Assembly: GCA_038870975.1 (NCBI GenBank)
Contig: JAVZJD010000002.1
Coordinates: 384,001 to 448,000 of the forward strand
Origin: Candidatus Bathyarchaeia archaeon
Lineage (GTDB): Archaea; Thermoproteota; CALKCG01; B24
Length of the DNA: 64,000 bases
Direction of reading: 5' to 3'
Shown here one piece after another: positions 19,321 through 29,874 of this stretch; the stretch's first letter is position 1, and each line of letters opens with the position of its first letter. The notes under the pieces are model-generated. The model made no database searches. It saw only the letters and a program-made list of their open reading frames with translations, and had not been told where the DNA came from. The position numbers and the translations under genes were made by a program.

Positions 19321-22308
19321 ATGGGAAAGGATGTTCAAAGCAGAAAGATAGAGACGAAGGACGAAGCTGTAGGCTGGACTCTTCCAAGTCCAAGCGAAAT
19401 TCTAACCCTACCCATTAATGATCTTCTCCTACGGTTAAAGACTTCTCTATCTGGTCTTTCTTCCGATGAAGTAGAAGAGCGCTTAAAAATCTTCGGCTAT
19501 AATGAGCTTACTAGGAAGAAGAGGCGAACAGCTCTCGCTGAATTTCTATCCCATTTTCGAAGCCCTCTGCTGATTATACTTTTGATCGCCGGGTTGATCT
19601 CAAGCTTCTTTGGAGAGTATGTAAACGCCATCATAGTATTTTCAATTGTATTCGCCAGCGTTATCCTAGACTTTTACCAAGAGTCTAAGGCTGAGAAAGC
19701 AGCTGAGATGCTGAAGAAGAGGGTTGCAATTACGGCTACTGTGTTAAGAGATGGCGTTAAACGTGAAGTAAGATTGTCTGAAATAGTCCCCGGCGATATA
19801 GTATACCTTTCCGCGGGGGATATAGTGCCTGCAGACACCCGAGTGATAAATGCAAAAGACCTATTCGTAGATCAATCTGCACTGACTGGTGAGTCCTTTC
19901 CCGTGGAGAAAACGGCTGAGCCGTTGAAGTCCTTTGAACCTTCAATTACAGAGTGGCGCAATTACCTCTTCATGGGTACGTCTATCGTATCTGGAAATGC
20001 TACAGCAGTTGTAGTGAAAACTGGAAGTCTAACAGAATACGGGAAAATCGCCACAAGGCTAACGGCAAGAGAGCCAGAGACGGAATTTCAGAGGGGAATT
20101 AGAAGCTTCGGCTATATGATCATGCAGGTTACAATCTTCCTAGTCTTATTCGTCTTCCTCATAAATGCCCTCTATATGCGTAGTATCCTTGAATCGCTTC
20201 TCTTCGCTGTGGCTTTAGCCGTAGGTTTAACACCTGAGCTTCTACCCATGATTATTTCTGTAAACCTCTCCAAGGGTGCTATTGAGATGGCTAAGAAGGG
20301 CGTTATCGTGAAGCGTTTAGCCTCCATACAGAACTTCGGAAGCATGGATGTTTTATGTACGGATAAAACTGGAACTTTAACGGAGAATAGAATAAAGCTT
20401 GCACTCTATGTAGACATCAATGGGGAAGAGAATGAGAAGGTGCTGTTATACTCGTACCTAAATAGTTATTTTCAAACAGGGTTGAAGAGCCCTCTAGATG
20501 AGGCTGTGCTGAGATTTAGAGACATAGATGTGAAGGATTATATGAAGATCGACGAAGTTCCATTCGATTTTATACGTAAACGTCTATCCATTGTGGTAGA
20601 GCACCAAAACCAGCGTTTTATGGTTACTAAAGGAGCCCCTGAAGAAATCGTTAAAATCAGCTCATACTATGAGGTGGGAGACGCTATAGCCGATATGACA
20701 GATGATGTTATTCAGAAGATAAAGCAGAGGTACGTCGAATTGAGCGTAGAAGGCTTTAGAGTTTTAGGTGTAGCTTATAAACGCTTGAAGGAAGAGAAGT
20801 CTGTATACTCCGCCCACGATGAAAACGATATGATCTTCCTGGGTTTTATAGCCTTTCTAGACCCACCGAAAGAAACGGCGAAAGAGTCACTCCAGCTTCT
20901 GAAAAACGCTGGTATAGAGTTGAAAATACTCACGGGGGATAACGAATTGGTGACTAGGAAGATTTGCGAATACTTAGGCTTTGAAGTTAAAGGTGTAGTG
21001 ACGGGAGGGGAGATCGCTCAGATGCGTGACGATGCTCTTGCAAGAGTCGTTGAAGAGGCAAATGTATTTTGCAGAGTAACACCAGCACAGAAAGACCGTA
21101 TAATAAACGCTTTAAAGAACAATGGTCACGTCGTGGGGTTCTTAGGCGATGGGATAAATGATGCACCTTCGCTTAAGAGTGCTGACGTCGGCATATCTGT
21201 AGATAACGCTGTTGATGTCGCAAAGGAAGCAGCTGATATCATACTCCTTAAGACGGATTTAACCGTGCTTCACGACGGAGTTTTAGAGGGGAGGAGGACT
21301 TTTGGAAACAGTATGAAGTATATAATGATGGGTGTGAGTTCAAACTTTGGAAACATGTTCAGCGTAGCCGGTGCATCGTTATTCCTACCATTCCTACCGA
21401 TGCTTCCAATACAGATACTGCTCAACAACCTCCTATACGATATTTCGCAGTCAGCAATACCGATGGATGAGGTCGACCGAGAATACGTCGAGAGGCCGAA
21501 GAAGTGGGATATACAGTTTATACGGCGGTTTATGGTATGCCTAGGTCCTGTGAGTTCTCTCTTCGACTTCTTAACGTTCTTCGTAATGCTTTTCATATTC
21601 AATGCCTCTGAGCCGCTGTTCCAAACAGCATGGTTCATTGAGTCTCTATCTTCTCAAACACTCGTAATATTCGTCATCAGGACTAGAGTGGTACCGTTCT
21701 GGAAAAGCCGCCCGAGTAAGATACTGCTTATAAACAGCATGGCTATTATAGCTCTCGCACTCCTACTGCCTTATACGCCTGTGGGGGCGATTTTTAGACT
21801 CGTAGAGCCTCCTCCGGCATTCTTCATAGCCTTAGTGATCATTCTCAGCTCTTACTTGGCTTTAGCAGAACTTGTTAAAAACTGGTTTTACAAGAGATAT
21901 GGCTATCGCTTGGAGCAGGTTCTTGTCTTGCCAAGGGTGGTCGGTATCTACATAAGTAGAACTGCGAGGCTTATTCAAGATACAGTGGCTATTCTATGTT
22001 TAAGAACCGAGGATGAAATTTCAATAGAGTCTTTAATTGGAGATTTGAGGAGCAGCGTGGATTATTCCCTCAGCTTAGAGCAAATTTTCAACTGTCTACA
22101 TCATTTGCGCCGGGCTGGATTGATATCCATCGACTGGCGTAAGAGAACTATTAGACGTGAAAAGTCGCTTAAAGAGTATGTAGAAACGTACGTAGTAGAG
22201 GAGTTTCTACCTAAGATTTCTGAAGACTGGAGGAGGATAAGCGTATACATTAGAGGCAAATATGGTAAACTCAATACGGATTATGAGAAAATCTTGGCAT
22301 TAGTATAG
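19321..22308 (+). CDS. mgtA: Magnesium-translocating P-type ATPase with C-terminal extension
   Basis: TGES, AVGLTPELLP, DKTGTLT, GDGIND, SSNFGNMFS, LFQTAWF. Confidence 0.93.
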   Translation: MGKDVQSRKIETKDEAVGWTLPSPSEILTLPINDLLLRLKTSLSGLSSDEVEERLKIFGYNELTRKKRRTALAEFLSHFRSPLLIILLIAGLISSFFGEYVNAIIVFSIVFASVILDFYQESKAEKAAEMLKKRVAITATVLRDGVKREVRLSEIVPGDIVYLSAGDIVPADTRVINAKDLFVDQSALTGESFPVEKTAEPLKSFEPSITEWRNYLFMGTSIVSGNATAVVVKTGSLTEYGKIATRLTAREPETEFQRGIRSFGYMIMQVTIFLVLFVFLINALYMRSILESLLFAVALAVGLTPELLPMIISVNLSKGAIEMAKKGVIVKRLASIQNFGSMDVLCTDKTGTLTENRIKLALYVDINGEENEKVLLYSYLNSYFQTGLKSPLDEAVLRFRDIDVKDYMKIDEVPFDFIRKRLSIVVEHQNQRFMVTKGAPEEIVKISSYYEVGDAIADMTDDVIQKIKQRYVELSVEGFRVLGVAYKRLKEEKSVYSAHDENDMIFLGFIAFLDPPKETAKESLQLLKNAGIELKILTGDNELVTRKICEYLGFEVKGVVTGGEIAQMRDDALARVVEEANVFCRVTPAQKDRIINALKNNGHVVGFLGDGINDAPSLKSADVGISVDNAVDVAKEAADIILLKTDLTVLHDGVLEGRRTFGNSMKYIMMGVSSNFGNMFSVAGASLFLPFLPMLPIQILLNNLLYDISQSAIPMDEVDREYVERPKKWDIQFIRRFMVCLGPVSSLFDFLTFFVMLFIFNASEPLFQTAWFIESLSSQTLVIFVIRTRVVPFWKSRPSKILLINSMAIIALALLLPYTPVGAIFRLVEPPPAFFIALVIILSSYLALAELVKNWFYKRYGYRLEQVLVLPRVVGIYISRTARLIQDTVAILCLRTEDEISIESLIGDLRSSVDYSLSLEQIFNCLHHLRRAGLISIDWRKRTIRREKSLKEYVETYVVEEFLPKISEDWRRISVYIRGKYGKLNTDYEKILALV

Positions 22309-22321
22309 ACTTGAGTCGCCA

Positions 22322-22510
22322 TCATATCCTTACTTGTGTTTCAAAGCAGAATTTATCACCTGTGTTCGACGTGTCGGGTATGTAGATCCATTTGTCGCAT
22401 TTACTGCACCTGTACTCTCTATAGGGTTTATCTACAAAGATTATCGTTCTCCTAAACAGTAGCTCACCTTGGCATTTAGATAAAACCTCGGCTTCACAGT
22501 GCTTCATCAC
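22322..22510 (-). CDS. Small putative Zn-finger protein
   Basis: HC...C and CSKC motifs in 62 aa. Confidence 0.4.
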   Translation of the reverse strand: MMKHCEAEVLSKCQGELLFRRTIIFVDKPYREYRCSKCDKWIYIPDTSNTGDKFCFETQVRI

Positions 22511-22718
22511 TCTCTATTAGCCTTTCCTATGATAAAGAAGTTAGGGGATTCTAGTCTGTTTAAAAAGATTTTAATAGCACTTGTTTTTAACTCGATTCAA
22601 TCATTTGACGAGAAAGGTGTATACATTTACAGTGTAGAAATACACCAGTATTCTAGGAAAGTTTAAACCAGCTTCTAAATTCAAAGCTTTTAAAGGGGAT
22701 GTATAACTCTTAAGCCAC

Positions 22719-23918
22719 GTGACCTTGGCAGTAAAAGCTGGGAAAATCTACACTCCGAATAATGTAGTTAGGAATGGTATCGTGGTTCTAGAGAAAGGTG
22801 TGATAAGCTACGTGGGAAATGACTTTGAAAAAGTTAAGAATGTAACGATTCTAAACTTTGACGGTGGAATGTGTGTACCTGGTTTCATAGACCTCCATGT
22901 CCACGGAGGTGGAGGCTACGACTTCGCCGATGGAAATCTAGAGGCTTTCAATAGAGTTTGTAAATACCATGTACGTGGAGGGACTACTTCACTTTTAGCG
23001 ACTGTACTATCTTCACCTGTAGACTATACGCTTAAAATCTTGGAGACGTTTAGGAAGGCCTATAATACCACTGGAGATGGGGCTGAAATACTTGGGTTGC
23101 ATTTGGAGGGGCCGTTTTTAAACCCTGATATGCGTGGAGCACATCCAGTGGAACTTCTACAAACTCCCAGTAGAGAGCTTGTAGAGGCATTTTTAGATTA
23201 TGCAGACGTAATTAGGAGGGTTACGATAGCGCCGGAGTTGCCAGGTGGAATTGAAGCCATTAAAGCCTTCTACAGTAAGAATATTATGGTGAGTATAGGG
23301 CATTCAAATGCCCCATATGGAATCGTGGACGAAGCCTACAATGCAGGGCTGAGGCATGCGACACACTTATACAATGCTTTAGGTGTTTCATTCAAACAGG
23401 GACCCTACAGAATACCTGGGGCTTTAGAATCCGTTTTAGCGTTAGATGGTATAACGGCTGAGATAATAGCTGACGGTAGACATGTTCATCCAGCTCTCAT
23501 AAGTTTAGCTGTTAAAGCCAAGGGTTTTAGAAGGCTGTGTATTGTGACAGATGCTATGAGGGCTGCTGGTATGCCTGATGGAACTTATAAGCTAGGCTCA
23601 AATGCATATGGATCTAACACTGTAGTTAAAGAGGGTGTATCTTACACGGTGGATATGCATTCCTTCGCGAGTACGACCATATCTATGGTAGATGCCGTGA
23701 GGTTTATGAGGAGTATAGGCTATCCTATGAGGACAGCCCTCTCAATGGCTACTGCTATACCTGCTAAACTTTTAGGTGTTTCAAGTAGGAAGGGCCTCCT
23801 AGCTCCCGGCTTCGATGGAGACTTAGTAGTGCTAGATAGAAGGTTTAGAGTACTTTTAACTGTCGTTAGAGGACGAGTCGTATACGCGGAAGAAAAAGAT
23901 TATATTGGCTTATCGTAA
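22719..23918 (+). CDS. nagA: N-acetylglucosamine-6-phosphate deacetylase
   Basis: PGFIDLHVHG, HLEGPF, GAH, TIAPE, GHS, THLYNA, DGRHVHP, TDAM. Confidence 0.93.
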   Translation: MTLAVKAGKIYTPNNVVRNGIVVLEKGVISYVGNDFEKVKNVTILNFDGGMCVPGFIDLHVHGGGGYDFADGNLEAFNRVCKYHVRGGTTSLLATVLSSPVDYTLKILETFRKAYNTTGDGAEILGLHLEGPFLNPDMRGAHPVELLQTPSRELVEAFLDYADVIRRVTIAPELPGGIEAIKAFYSKNIMVSIGHSNAPYGIVDEAYNAGLRHATHLYNALGVSFKQGPYRIPGALESVLALDGITAEIIADGRHVHPALISLAVKAKGFRRLCIVTDAMRAAGMPDGTYKLGSNAYGSNTVVKEGVSYTVDMHSFASTTISMVDAVRFMRSIGYPMRTALSMATAIPAKLLGVSSRKGLLAPGFDGDLVVLDRRFRVLLTVVRGRVVYAEEKDYIGLS

Positions 23919-25166
23919 AATTGCTTTAGCTACTTTCTCAATACCCTCTATTATCGTAGCTTCATCTTCATCTGTGAGTAGAGGGCTCACATCTATGTTG
24001 ACGGCTCTACTTAGGATTTTCAAAGTCTTGGGGCACATCTCTCGACTGTATTCAATGCGTTTTCCGTAGAGTGGGCATACATAGGGGCAGCCTTTGGAAG
24101 CGAAGGATATCTTATCTAAGACGGTGTCCCAGTGGTAGTATACGTGGAGGTCTTTCCTATTGGGGTTGAAGAAGTGCCAAGCACCTATATTCTCAGCATT
24201 TAAAGCTCTAGCAAAGAGCTCGGCTTTCTCAAAGCTTTCAAGGAAGATAACAACGGCTACTGCTACATCGCCTTGAGGGTCTACAGGCTTATGGACTTCT
24301 ACCCCCTCTAGTTCCGATATTGCTTTAACTATGTTGGCTTTACGTCTCCTCATCTTAGTGATTATACCATCTATTTTACGTAGTTGCGCCAGCAGTATTG
24401 CTGAGGAAACCTCGTTAAGTCTGAAGTTGAGCCCTGGATTTGGTTCACCTTTAAACCTTAAGTAGAAGGGGGCGTCGTGGAAGACTGCGGCTCTAACATA
24501 CACATCATCGTCGTTTGTAGTTACAGCTCCTCCTTCACCAGCCGTTATAACCTTGTTTAGTTGAAAACTGAATGCGGCTACTTCGCCTATAGATCCGAGC
24601 TTCCTACCTTTGTAGGAGCCGCCGCACGCTTGAGCCACATCTTCTACTACTTTGATTCCGTGTTCTGAAGCTACTTTCTTTATACGGTCCATGTCGCATT
24701 GAAAGCCCCTCATGTGAACGGCTATAACTGCTTTCGTCTTATCGGATATCTTCTTCTCTAAGTCTTCAGTGTCTATGGATAGTGTTTCATCTATTTCGGC
24801 GATTACTGGTATCGCTCTTAGAAATAGTACCGCCATAGCGTCCATTATCCAAGAAAAGCCCGGTATTATAACTTCATCCCCTGGACCGATGCCTACAGCG
24901 GCTAGAGCTGTACATAGAGCGCCTGTGCCTGAACTAACGGCTAACGCGTGTTTAACACCTATGTAGTCTGCGAAGGCTTTTTCAAATTTTTCGGTTTTAC
25001 CTAGAAATTTAGGCCCATAGTATCTAAACAGGGATTGCGCTCTTAAAACCTCTAAGACTTCTTTCTCCTCTTCATCGTCTATAAACGTCGCTCCTGGAAA
25101 CATCGGAGGCAGAGGTTTACTTCGTACGGGCTTGCCCCCGTATAGGGCTAAATCCTCCTTACCCAT
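23910..25166 (-). CDS. DegT/DnrJ/EryC1/StrS family PLP aminotransferase
   Basis: SSGTGAL, EDVAQA, FSFQLNKVITAGEGG. Confidence 0.92.
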   Translation of the reverse strand: MGKEDLALYGGKPVRSKPLPPMFPGATFIDDEEEKEVLEVLRAQSLFRYYGPKFLGKTEKFEKAFADYIGVKHALAVSSGTGALCTALAAVGIGPGDEVIIPGFSWIMDAMAVLFLRAIPVIAEIDETLSIDTEDLEKKISDKTKAVIAVHMRGFQCDMDRIKKVASEHGIKVVEDVAQACGGSYKGRKLGSIGEVAAFSFQLNKVITAGEGGAVTTNDDDVYVRAAVFHDAPFYLRFKGEPNPGLNFRLNEVSSAILLAQLRKIDGIITKMRRRKANIVKAISELEGVEVHKPVDPQGDVAVAVVIFLESFEKAELFARALNAENIGAWHFFNPNRKDLHVYYHWDTVLDKISFASKGCPYVCPLYGKRIEYSREMCPKTLKILSRAVNIDVSPLLTDEDEATIIEGIEKVAKAILR

Positions 25167-25233
25167 TGCTAATCCACACCCTGCTACCTATTTTTAATCT
25201 ACTGTTTAAAAACTTATGCACCTGAGGCGGCGT

Positions 25234-26355
25234 TCAGCATCTGAATTTTCGATCTATAATCTCGGAAACCCTCTTTACCCTGTTTACGTCTGATGGAGGG
25301 GGGAGTTCATCTGAAATCCCCAGTACTAAGTTGTCTGGGAACATCGTTATAATCTTTTCAACGAATTTATCGAATTTCTCTAGGCTTATCGCCTCTGGGA
25401 TGAAGAATATGAATGGTATCCCATCGAGTAGAACCATTTCATCTCCTAAGGTATTTTTAATATCTTCAAGCGTTATGTCTCCCACTGGTTCAACTGTTAA
25501 AGCTTCTACACCGTCTAACCCAGTCTCTTTTAGAAGTGGTAGTATGGGTTTAGCCCATCCGTCCACGTGAATATGGACATATTTACCATGCTTATGTAGA
25601 TAGTCACTCCTCTCTTGGTAGTAGGGTACACAGTATTTTTCGAACAGCTTAGGCGAAGTTATGCGAGAATCTACATTCTCACCTAGATTTAGTATTTCAA
25701 CCGGAGATGGCGCTAAAACTCTGTAGAATTTATCGTTTGAGGCTTTGATATCGTCCATCAAATCCTCGGTTTCGCTCTTATACCGGAAGAGGAAGCGTAT
25801 AGTTCTCTCAACACCCATGTAGTTTATGAATAGAGCTTGTAGGGGTGAGCGGGGGAAGAAACACCATAACACGCCACGATCTCCAAGCTTAAGCTTCATC
25901 TTCTCATAAACTTCTCTATCGAATTCTACCCTGATGTTTTCAAGAAGATACCGTAAAGGCTTGAAGTCCTCTAGACTTTTAACTGGATATTCTACGAGTC
26001 TAGAAGACAGCCCAAGTTCTCCAAGCATAGAGACTTCTCTGAGGACGCCTTTAGGCGTTTTAATATCGGTTGTTATTAAATTGCCGTTACGATGTGTCTC
26101 AAATTCTACATCCCCCTCGTACCATACTTTTATAAAGCTTTCTACGAAGTATCCAGAGTAGCATCTCCAACTTGCACCCCATTCTTCGCATATTTCCGCT
26201 ATGTCCTTATTCGCGTAGTTAGCGGGGAGAATACCCTTGGCTTTATTGTACACGTACCAGAACTCCGGCCTTATATTCCAAGGTATTTTGTCCTTAGGCT
26301 TTCTTTCGAAGACCGCTAAAATTCTCTCGCGTGGATTCACTTTTAGACCCATCAT
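25234..26355 (-). CDS. URO-D/MtaA family protein
   Basis: NPRERIL, SPKLFEKYC.PYY, HVDG, LGISDELPP. Confidence 0.82.
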   Translation of the reverse strand: MMGLKVNPRERILAVFERKPKDKIPWNIRPEFWYVYNKAKGILPANYANKDIAEICEEWGASWRCYSGYFVESFIKVWYEGDVEFETHRNGNLITTDIKTPKGVLREVSMLGELGLSSRLVEYPVKSLEDFKPLRYLLENIRVEFDREVYEKMKLKLGDRGVLWCFFPRSPLQALFINYMGVERTIRFLFRYKSETEDLMDDIKASNDKFYRVLAPSPVEILNLGENVDSRITSPKLFEKYCVPYYQERSDYLHKHGKYVHIHVDGWAKPILPLLKETGLDGVEALTVEPVGDITLEDIKNTLGDEMVLLDGIPFIFFIPEAISLEKFDKFVEKIITMFPDNLVLGISDELPPPSDVNRVKRVSEIIDRKFRC

Positions 26356-26394
26356 TAGAACTCGCTTATATGCGTTAATAAGTCTAACTAGTTC

Positions 26395-27054
26395 TCATAG
26401 CTGTTCTAGTGCAATGGCTCTTATTGGAAAAGAATCCAACCCCACTATGTTCACCGGAAGACCTATGAATATGAATCTACTCTTCCTAAGACTATCTAAA
26501 TTGCATAATCTCTCTACGATTGGAATGTTGTTTGAAAGTAGGTAGTTGTGAGTCGCCATCAGCTCGAGGGAACCCGTGCTTCCAGGAGCTTCAACTTGAA
26601 CTGAGTCGTCTACGCCGACCATTTTAACCTTCTTCTCAGCAAGCCATTTAGCAGCCTCCGGTGATATATACGGGCTATTTTCTCCCTTAAAATGGCTATT
26701 ACCCATGATGACTATATCCCCCTCCTTTATACCAGCTTCTTCGAGGTCTTTAACCGTTATAGGCTCACTGGCGGATTTATGAGATAAATCTACTAGAACA
26801 GCTTCACCTAGGAATGTTTCAACCGGGATTTCGGAGAGGTCTGCACCATGGATGCCGTACCTGGCGTTTACATAGTGGGATGGACATTCGACGTGCGTCC
26901 CTATATGACTCATCGTGTCTATGTCGTACATGTATTCTCCAGCTACGTATGTAAACCTTCTAATCTCAAGCCTACGTTCTTCTCTACCTGGGTGTAGTTT
27001 AAGACTTAGGTCTACAACTCTACATTCCACGTTGAAAATCCTCATAACAATCAC
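26395..27054 (-). CDS. Cyclase/kynurenine formamidase family protein
   Basis: HIGTHVECPSH, PIVERLCNL, FPIRAIA. Confidence 0.88.
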   Translation of the reverse strand: MIVMRIFNVECRVVDLSLKLHPGREERRLEIRRFTYVAGEYMYDIDTMSHIGTHVECPSHYVNARYGIHGADLSEIPVETFLGEAVLVDLSHKSASEPITVKDLEEAGIKEGDIVIMGNSHFKGENSPYISPEAAKWLAEKKVKMVGVDDSVQVEAPGSTGSLELMATHNYLLSNNIPIVERLCNLDSLRKSRFIFIGLPVNIVGLDSFPIRAIALEQL

Positions 27055-27130
27055 AGTATCTACTTGTGTGTATCTATATTTTAAATAAGACTACAGAGTT
27101 TATTGTAGCTGATTTCAGGGGATTCATCGC

Positions 27131-28048
27131 TTGAGGATTATAGTTGTCGGGCATGTTTCAATGGATAAGGTTATTACGAGTAAAGGTGAGAATCGCCAGC
27201 CTGGTGGAGCAGCATTATACACGGCGGTAGCAGCTAAAACTCTCATTAGAAACGTGAACTTAGTGACCTGCGTAGGTAGAGATTACGCATACATGGATGT
27301 TCTACGCGATTTCGACCTTAAAGGGATAAAGATTTCATCTAGGCCTTCGACAAGCTTTACAATAAGGTACGATGAAGACTGGAAAGCTGAGTATTTGGAA
27401 GTTAAAATCGGGGCTGGAGTCTATATAAAACACTCTCAAATACCAGTAGATTGGCTTGGAGATGAAACTGTCCTCCACTTGGCACCCATGCCTCCTCAAA
27501 AAGTATTTAGAATGATAGATTTCATTAGGAAGTCAGGTCCTAAAACGCTAATATCGGTTAACACGTGGATTGGATACATACGTAAGAGCACTTTAAACAC
27601 TTTAAAGGAGATTGCTAGGAAGGCTGATTTCTTCGTATTGAATGAAGCTGAAGCACGTGCTTTAACAGGTTTAAAAAGCCTACCTAGAGCCGTTGCAAAG
27701 CTCGAAGCTAAAACGCTTGTAGTAACACTGGGTGAGCTTGGAGCCATAGTTAAGAGAGGCGATGATATAACGCTTGTACCGGCGTTGGCGAAACTACCAG
27801 GTGAAACAATCGACGTAACTGGCGCTGGAGACGTGTGGTGTGGGGGGTTTCTATCTGGGTATGTGCTCACTAAGGATTTAAATAAAGCCGTTGTATCGGG
27901 CTCTATACTCGCTGGTCTTAAATGTCAAGATTGGTATTTTAGGGCTCTTTTAAGGCTTAGATTCAACAGTGTTGAAAGCCTTATAAGACATATAATAAGC
28001 CTACGGGGAGATACGAGGCAACGTAAAATCACTAGCTATGTGAGTTGA
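27131..28048 (+). CDS. PfkB family carbohydrate/nucleoside kinase
   Basis: PGGAALY, NEAEA, TLGELG, DVTGAGD. Confidence 0.9.
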   Translation: MRIIVVGHVSMDKVITSKGENRQPGGAALYTAVAAKTLIRNVNLVTCVGRDYAYMDVLRDFDLKGIKISSRPSTSFTIRYDEDWKAEYLEVKIGAGVYIKHSQIPVDWLGDETVLHLAPMPPQKVFRMIDFIRKSGPKTLISVNTWIGYIRKSTLNTLKEIARKADFFVLNEAEARALTGLKSLPRAVAKLEAKTLVVTLGELGAIVKRGDDITLVPALAKLPGETIDVTGAGDVWCGGFLSGYVLTKDLNKAVVSGSILAGLKCQDWYFRALLRLRFNSVESLIRHIISLRGDTRQRKITSYVS

Positions 28049-28111
28049 CCATAGCCTTCTTACGATCTGACTTTTTGTATAACATATATTTATAGGTTGA
28101 CTTGCACTTAG

Positions 28112-29041
28112 ATGAATTATACGGTGGAATGGTTGAATTTTAGAAGGGCAGATATTGTAATAGTTGGATGCGGCCCAGCTGGAGTGCAGGCTGCGATAAC
28201 TGCCGCCAAACGTGGGATGAAAGTCCTCATACTTGGTAAGCCAAGGGGAAGCTCTTTAAACTACGCACGTATAGATGACTACTTCGGCGTACTAGGTCCG
28301 ATTGAAGGCGTTAAACTCCTTGAAGTAGGCTTAAAACAAGTCAAGTCTAGAAACGTGGAGATGGTTGAGGAAGACGTTGTAGAATTGAGTAGAGATGGCT
28401 CTATGTTTAAATTGAAGACAGAGAGTGGAGTTGAAATTGTAGCAGATGCCGTGATACTGGCTATGGGCGCTAGGAGGAATAGGTTAAACGTTAGAGGCGA
28501 AGAGAAGCTCATGGGGAAGGGTGTAAGCTACTGCGCTGAGTGTGATTGTGGGTTTTTCAGAGGATTAAACGTCGCCGTAGTCGGAGATGGAAGTGCCGCA
28601 GCCTATGCAGCGCTACTCATGACGAATTACGCTTCTAAGGTCTTTCTCATCGCGAAACGTGTAGATTTCTCCAGCCGACTGCTTGAAGAGCTTAAAAGTA
28701 AAAGTGTAACCGTGATCGAGGGCAGGAGGGTTGTTGAAATATTGGGTGAACATAGAGTGGAGGGGATTCTACTCGACGACGGGAGTAGATTGGATGTCCA
28801 TGGAGTGTTCGTAGAACTCGGCTCTAGAGGCGTTTTAGAGCTTACTTCTAGCTTAGGTTTGCTTCCAGATGCATCTGGCTATTTAAAAGTTGATAGACGT
28901 CAGGCGACGGATGTAGAGGGTATTTTCGCCTGCGGAGACTTATGTGGACCACCTTTAAGTCTAGCTAAATCTGTAGGTGAAGGCTATGTTGCAGCTGTCT
29001 CAGCGTTTGAGTACGTAAGGTCTAAGAGGGGTGGAAATTAG
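28112..29041 (+). CDS. trxB: Thioredoxin reductase-like FAD/NAD(P) oxidoreductase
   Basis: GCGPAG, GKGVSYCAECD, FACGD. Confidence 0.8.
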   Translation: MNYTVEWLNFRRADIVIVGCGPAGVQAAITAAKRGMKVLILGKPRGSSLNYARIDDYFGVLGPIEGVKLLEVGLKQVKSRNVEMVEEDVVELSRDGSMFKLKTESGVEIVADAVILAMGARRNRLNVRGEEKLMGKGVSYCAECDCGFFRGLNVAVVGDGSAAAYAALLMTNYASKVFLIAKRVDFSSRLLEELKSKSVTVIEGRRVVEILGEHRVEGILLDDGSRLDVHGVFVELGSRGVLELTSSLGLLPDASGYLKVDRRQATDVEGIFACGDLCGPPLSLAKSVGEGYVAAVSAFEYVRSKRGGN

Positions 29042-29874
29042 TGGTTACAGTTGTTAAAGCAGATGGCACTAGTGTGCTTTTCGATAGAGAAAAGGTTTTC
29101 AAAACCTGTTTAAAATTGTGTGGCTCAACAGAGCTCGCTGAGAAAGTCTCTAAGCGTGTTGAAGAGCAGGTTTACGATGGGATATCTACACGTGAAATAC
29201 TGAGCCTCGTCTTCAGAGTAATGTCTGAGTATAAGCCAGCCATGTCCTATAGGGTTGACCTTAGGACGAGTTTAAGCTTACTGAGGTCTAAACCCGATTT
29301 TGAGAATTTCATTTCTCAGATCTTCAGAAGCCTCGGCTATGAAGTAAAGCGGAATATCATAGTTCAGGGGTTCTGTATCGAACATGAAGTAGATGCGTTG
29401 GCATCTAAGGATGGCGAGGTTGTATACATCGAGGTTAAACACCATATGAATCCGCATAAGTACGTTGATTTAGACGTTGTTGAGAAAGTGTGGGCTACAA
29501 TACTGGATATTAGAGAGGGGTTTGACAATGGTTTGAATAGTATGAGCATATCCAAACCCCTCGTTGCGACAAACACTAAGTTTACAAACCATGCATATAA
29601 ATACGCTAAATGTAGAGGTATTAATCTACTCGGCTGGAGTGTTGCAGACGGTATGGATTTGGAAAAACTCATAACGGAGTTTAAATTATACCCGGTCACC
29701 ATCCTGAAGGGATTTGACTTAAATACCTTATACAAGGTTATCGACGTAGGTTGTGTGACTGTTAAACAGTTGGCTGATTCCAATGTTTCCAAGCTTTTAG
29801 AGGCTGGTCTAACAGAGGACGAGGCAAATCTTCTAATTGAAAGAGCTAGGGAAGTGCTTAAAATCCTTCCCTAA
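29041..29874 (+). CDS. ATP-cone + Mrr-like restriction endonuclease domain protein
   Basis: N-terminal VVKADG...FDREK ATP cone; PDFE, HEVD, IEVKHH, TNTKFT. Confidence 0.85.
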   Translation: MVTVVKADGTSVLFDREKVFKTCLKLCGSTELAEKVSKRVEEQVYDGISTREILSLVFRVMSEYKPAMSYRVDLRTSLSLLRSKPDFENFISQIFRSLGYEVKRNIIVQGFCIEHEVDALASKDGEVVYIEVKHHMNPHKYVDLDVVEKVWATILDIREGFDNGLNSMSISKPLVATNTKFTNHAYKYAKCRGINLLGWSVADGMDLEKLITEFKLYPVTILKGFDLNTLYKVIDVGCVTVKQLADSNVSKLLEAGLTEDEANLLIERAREVLKILP

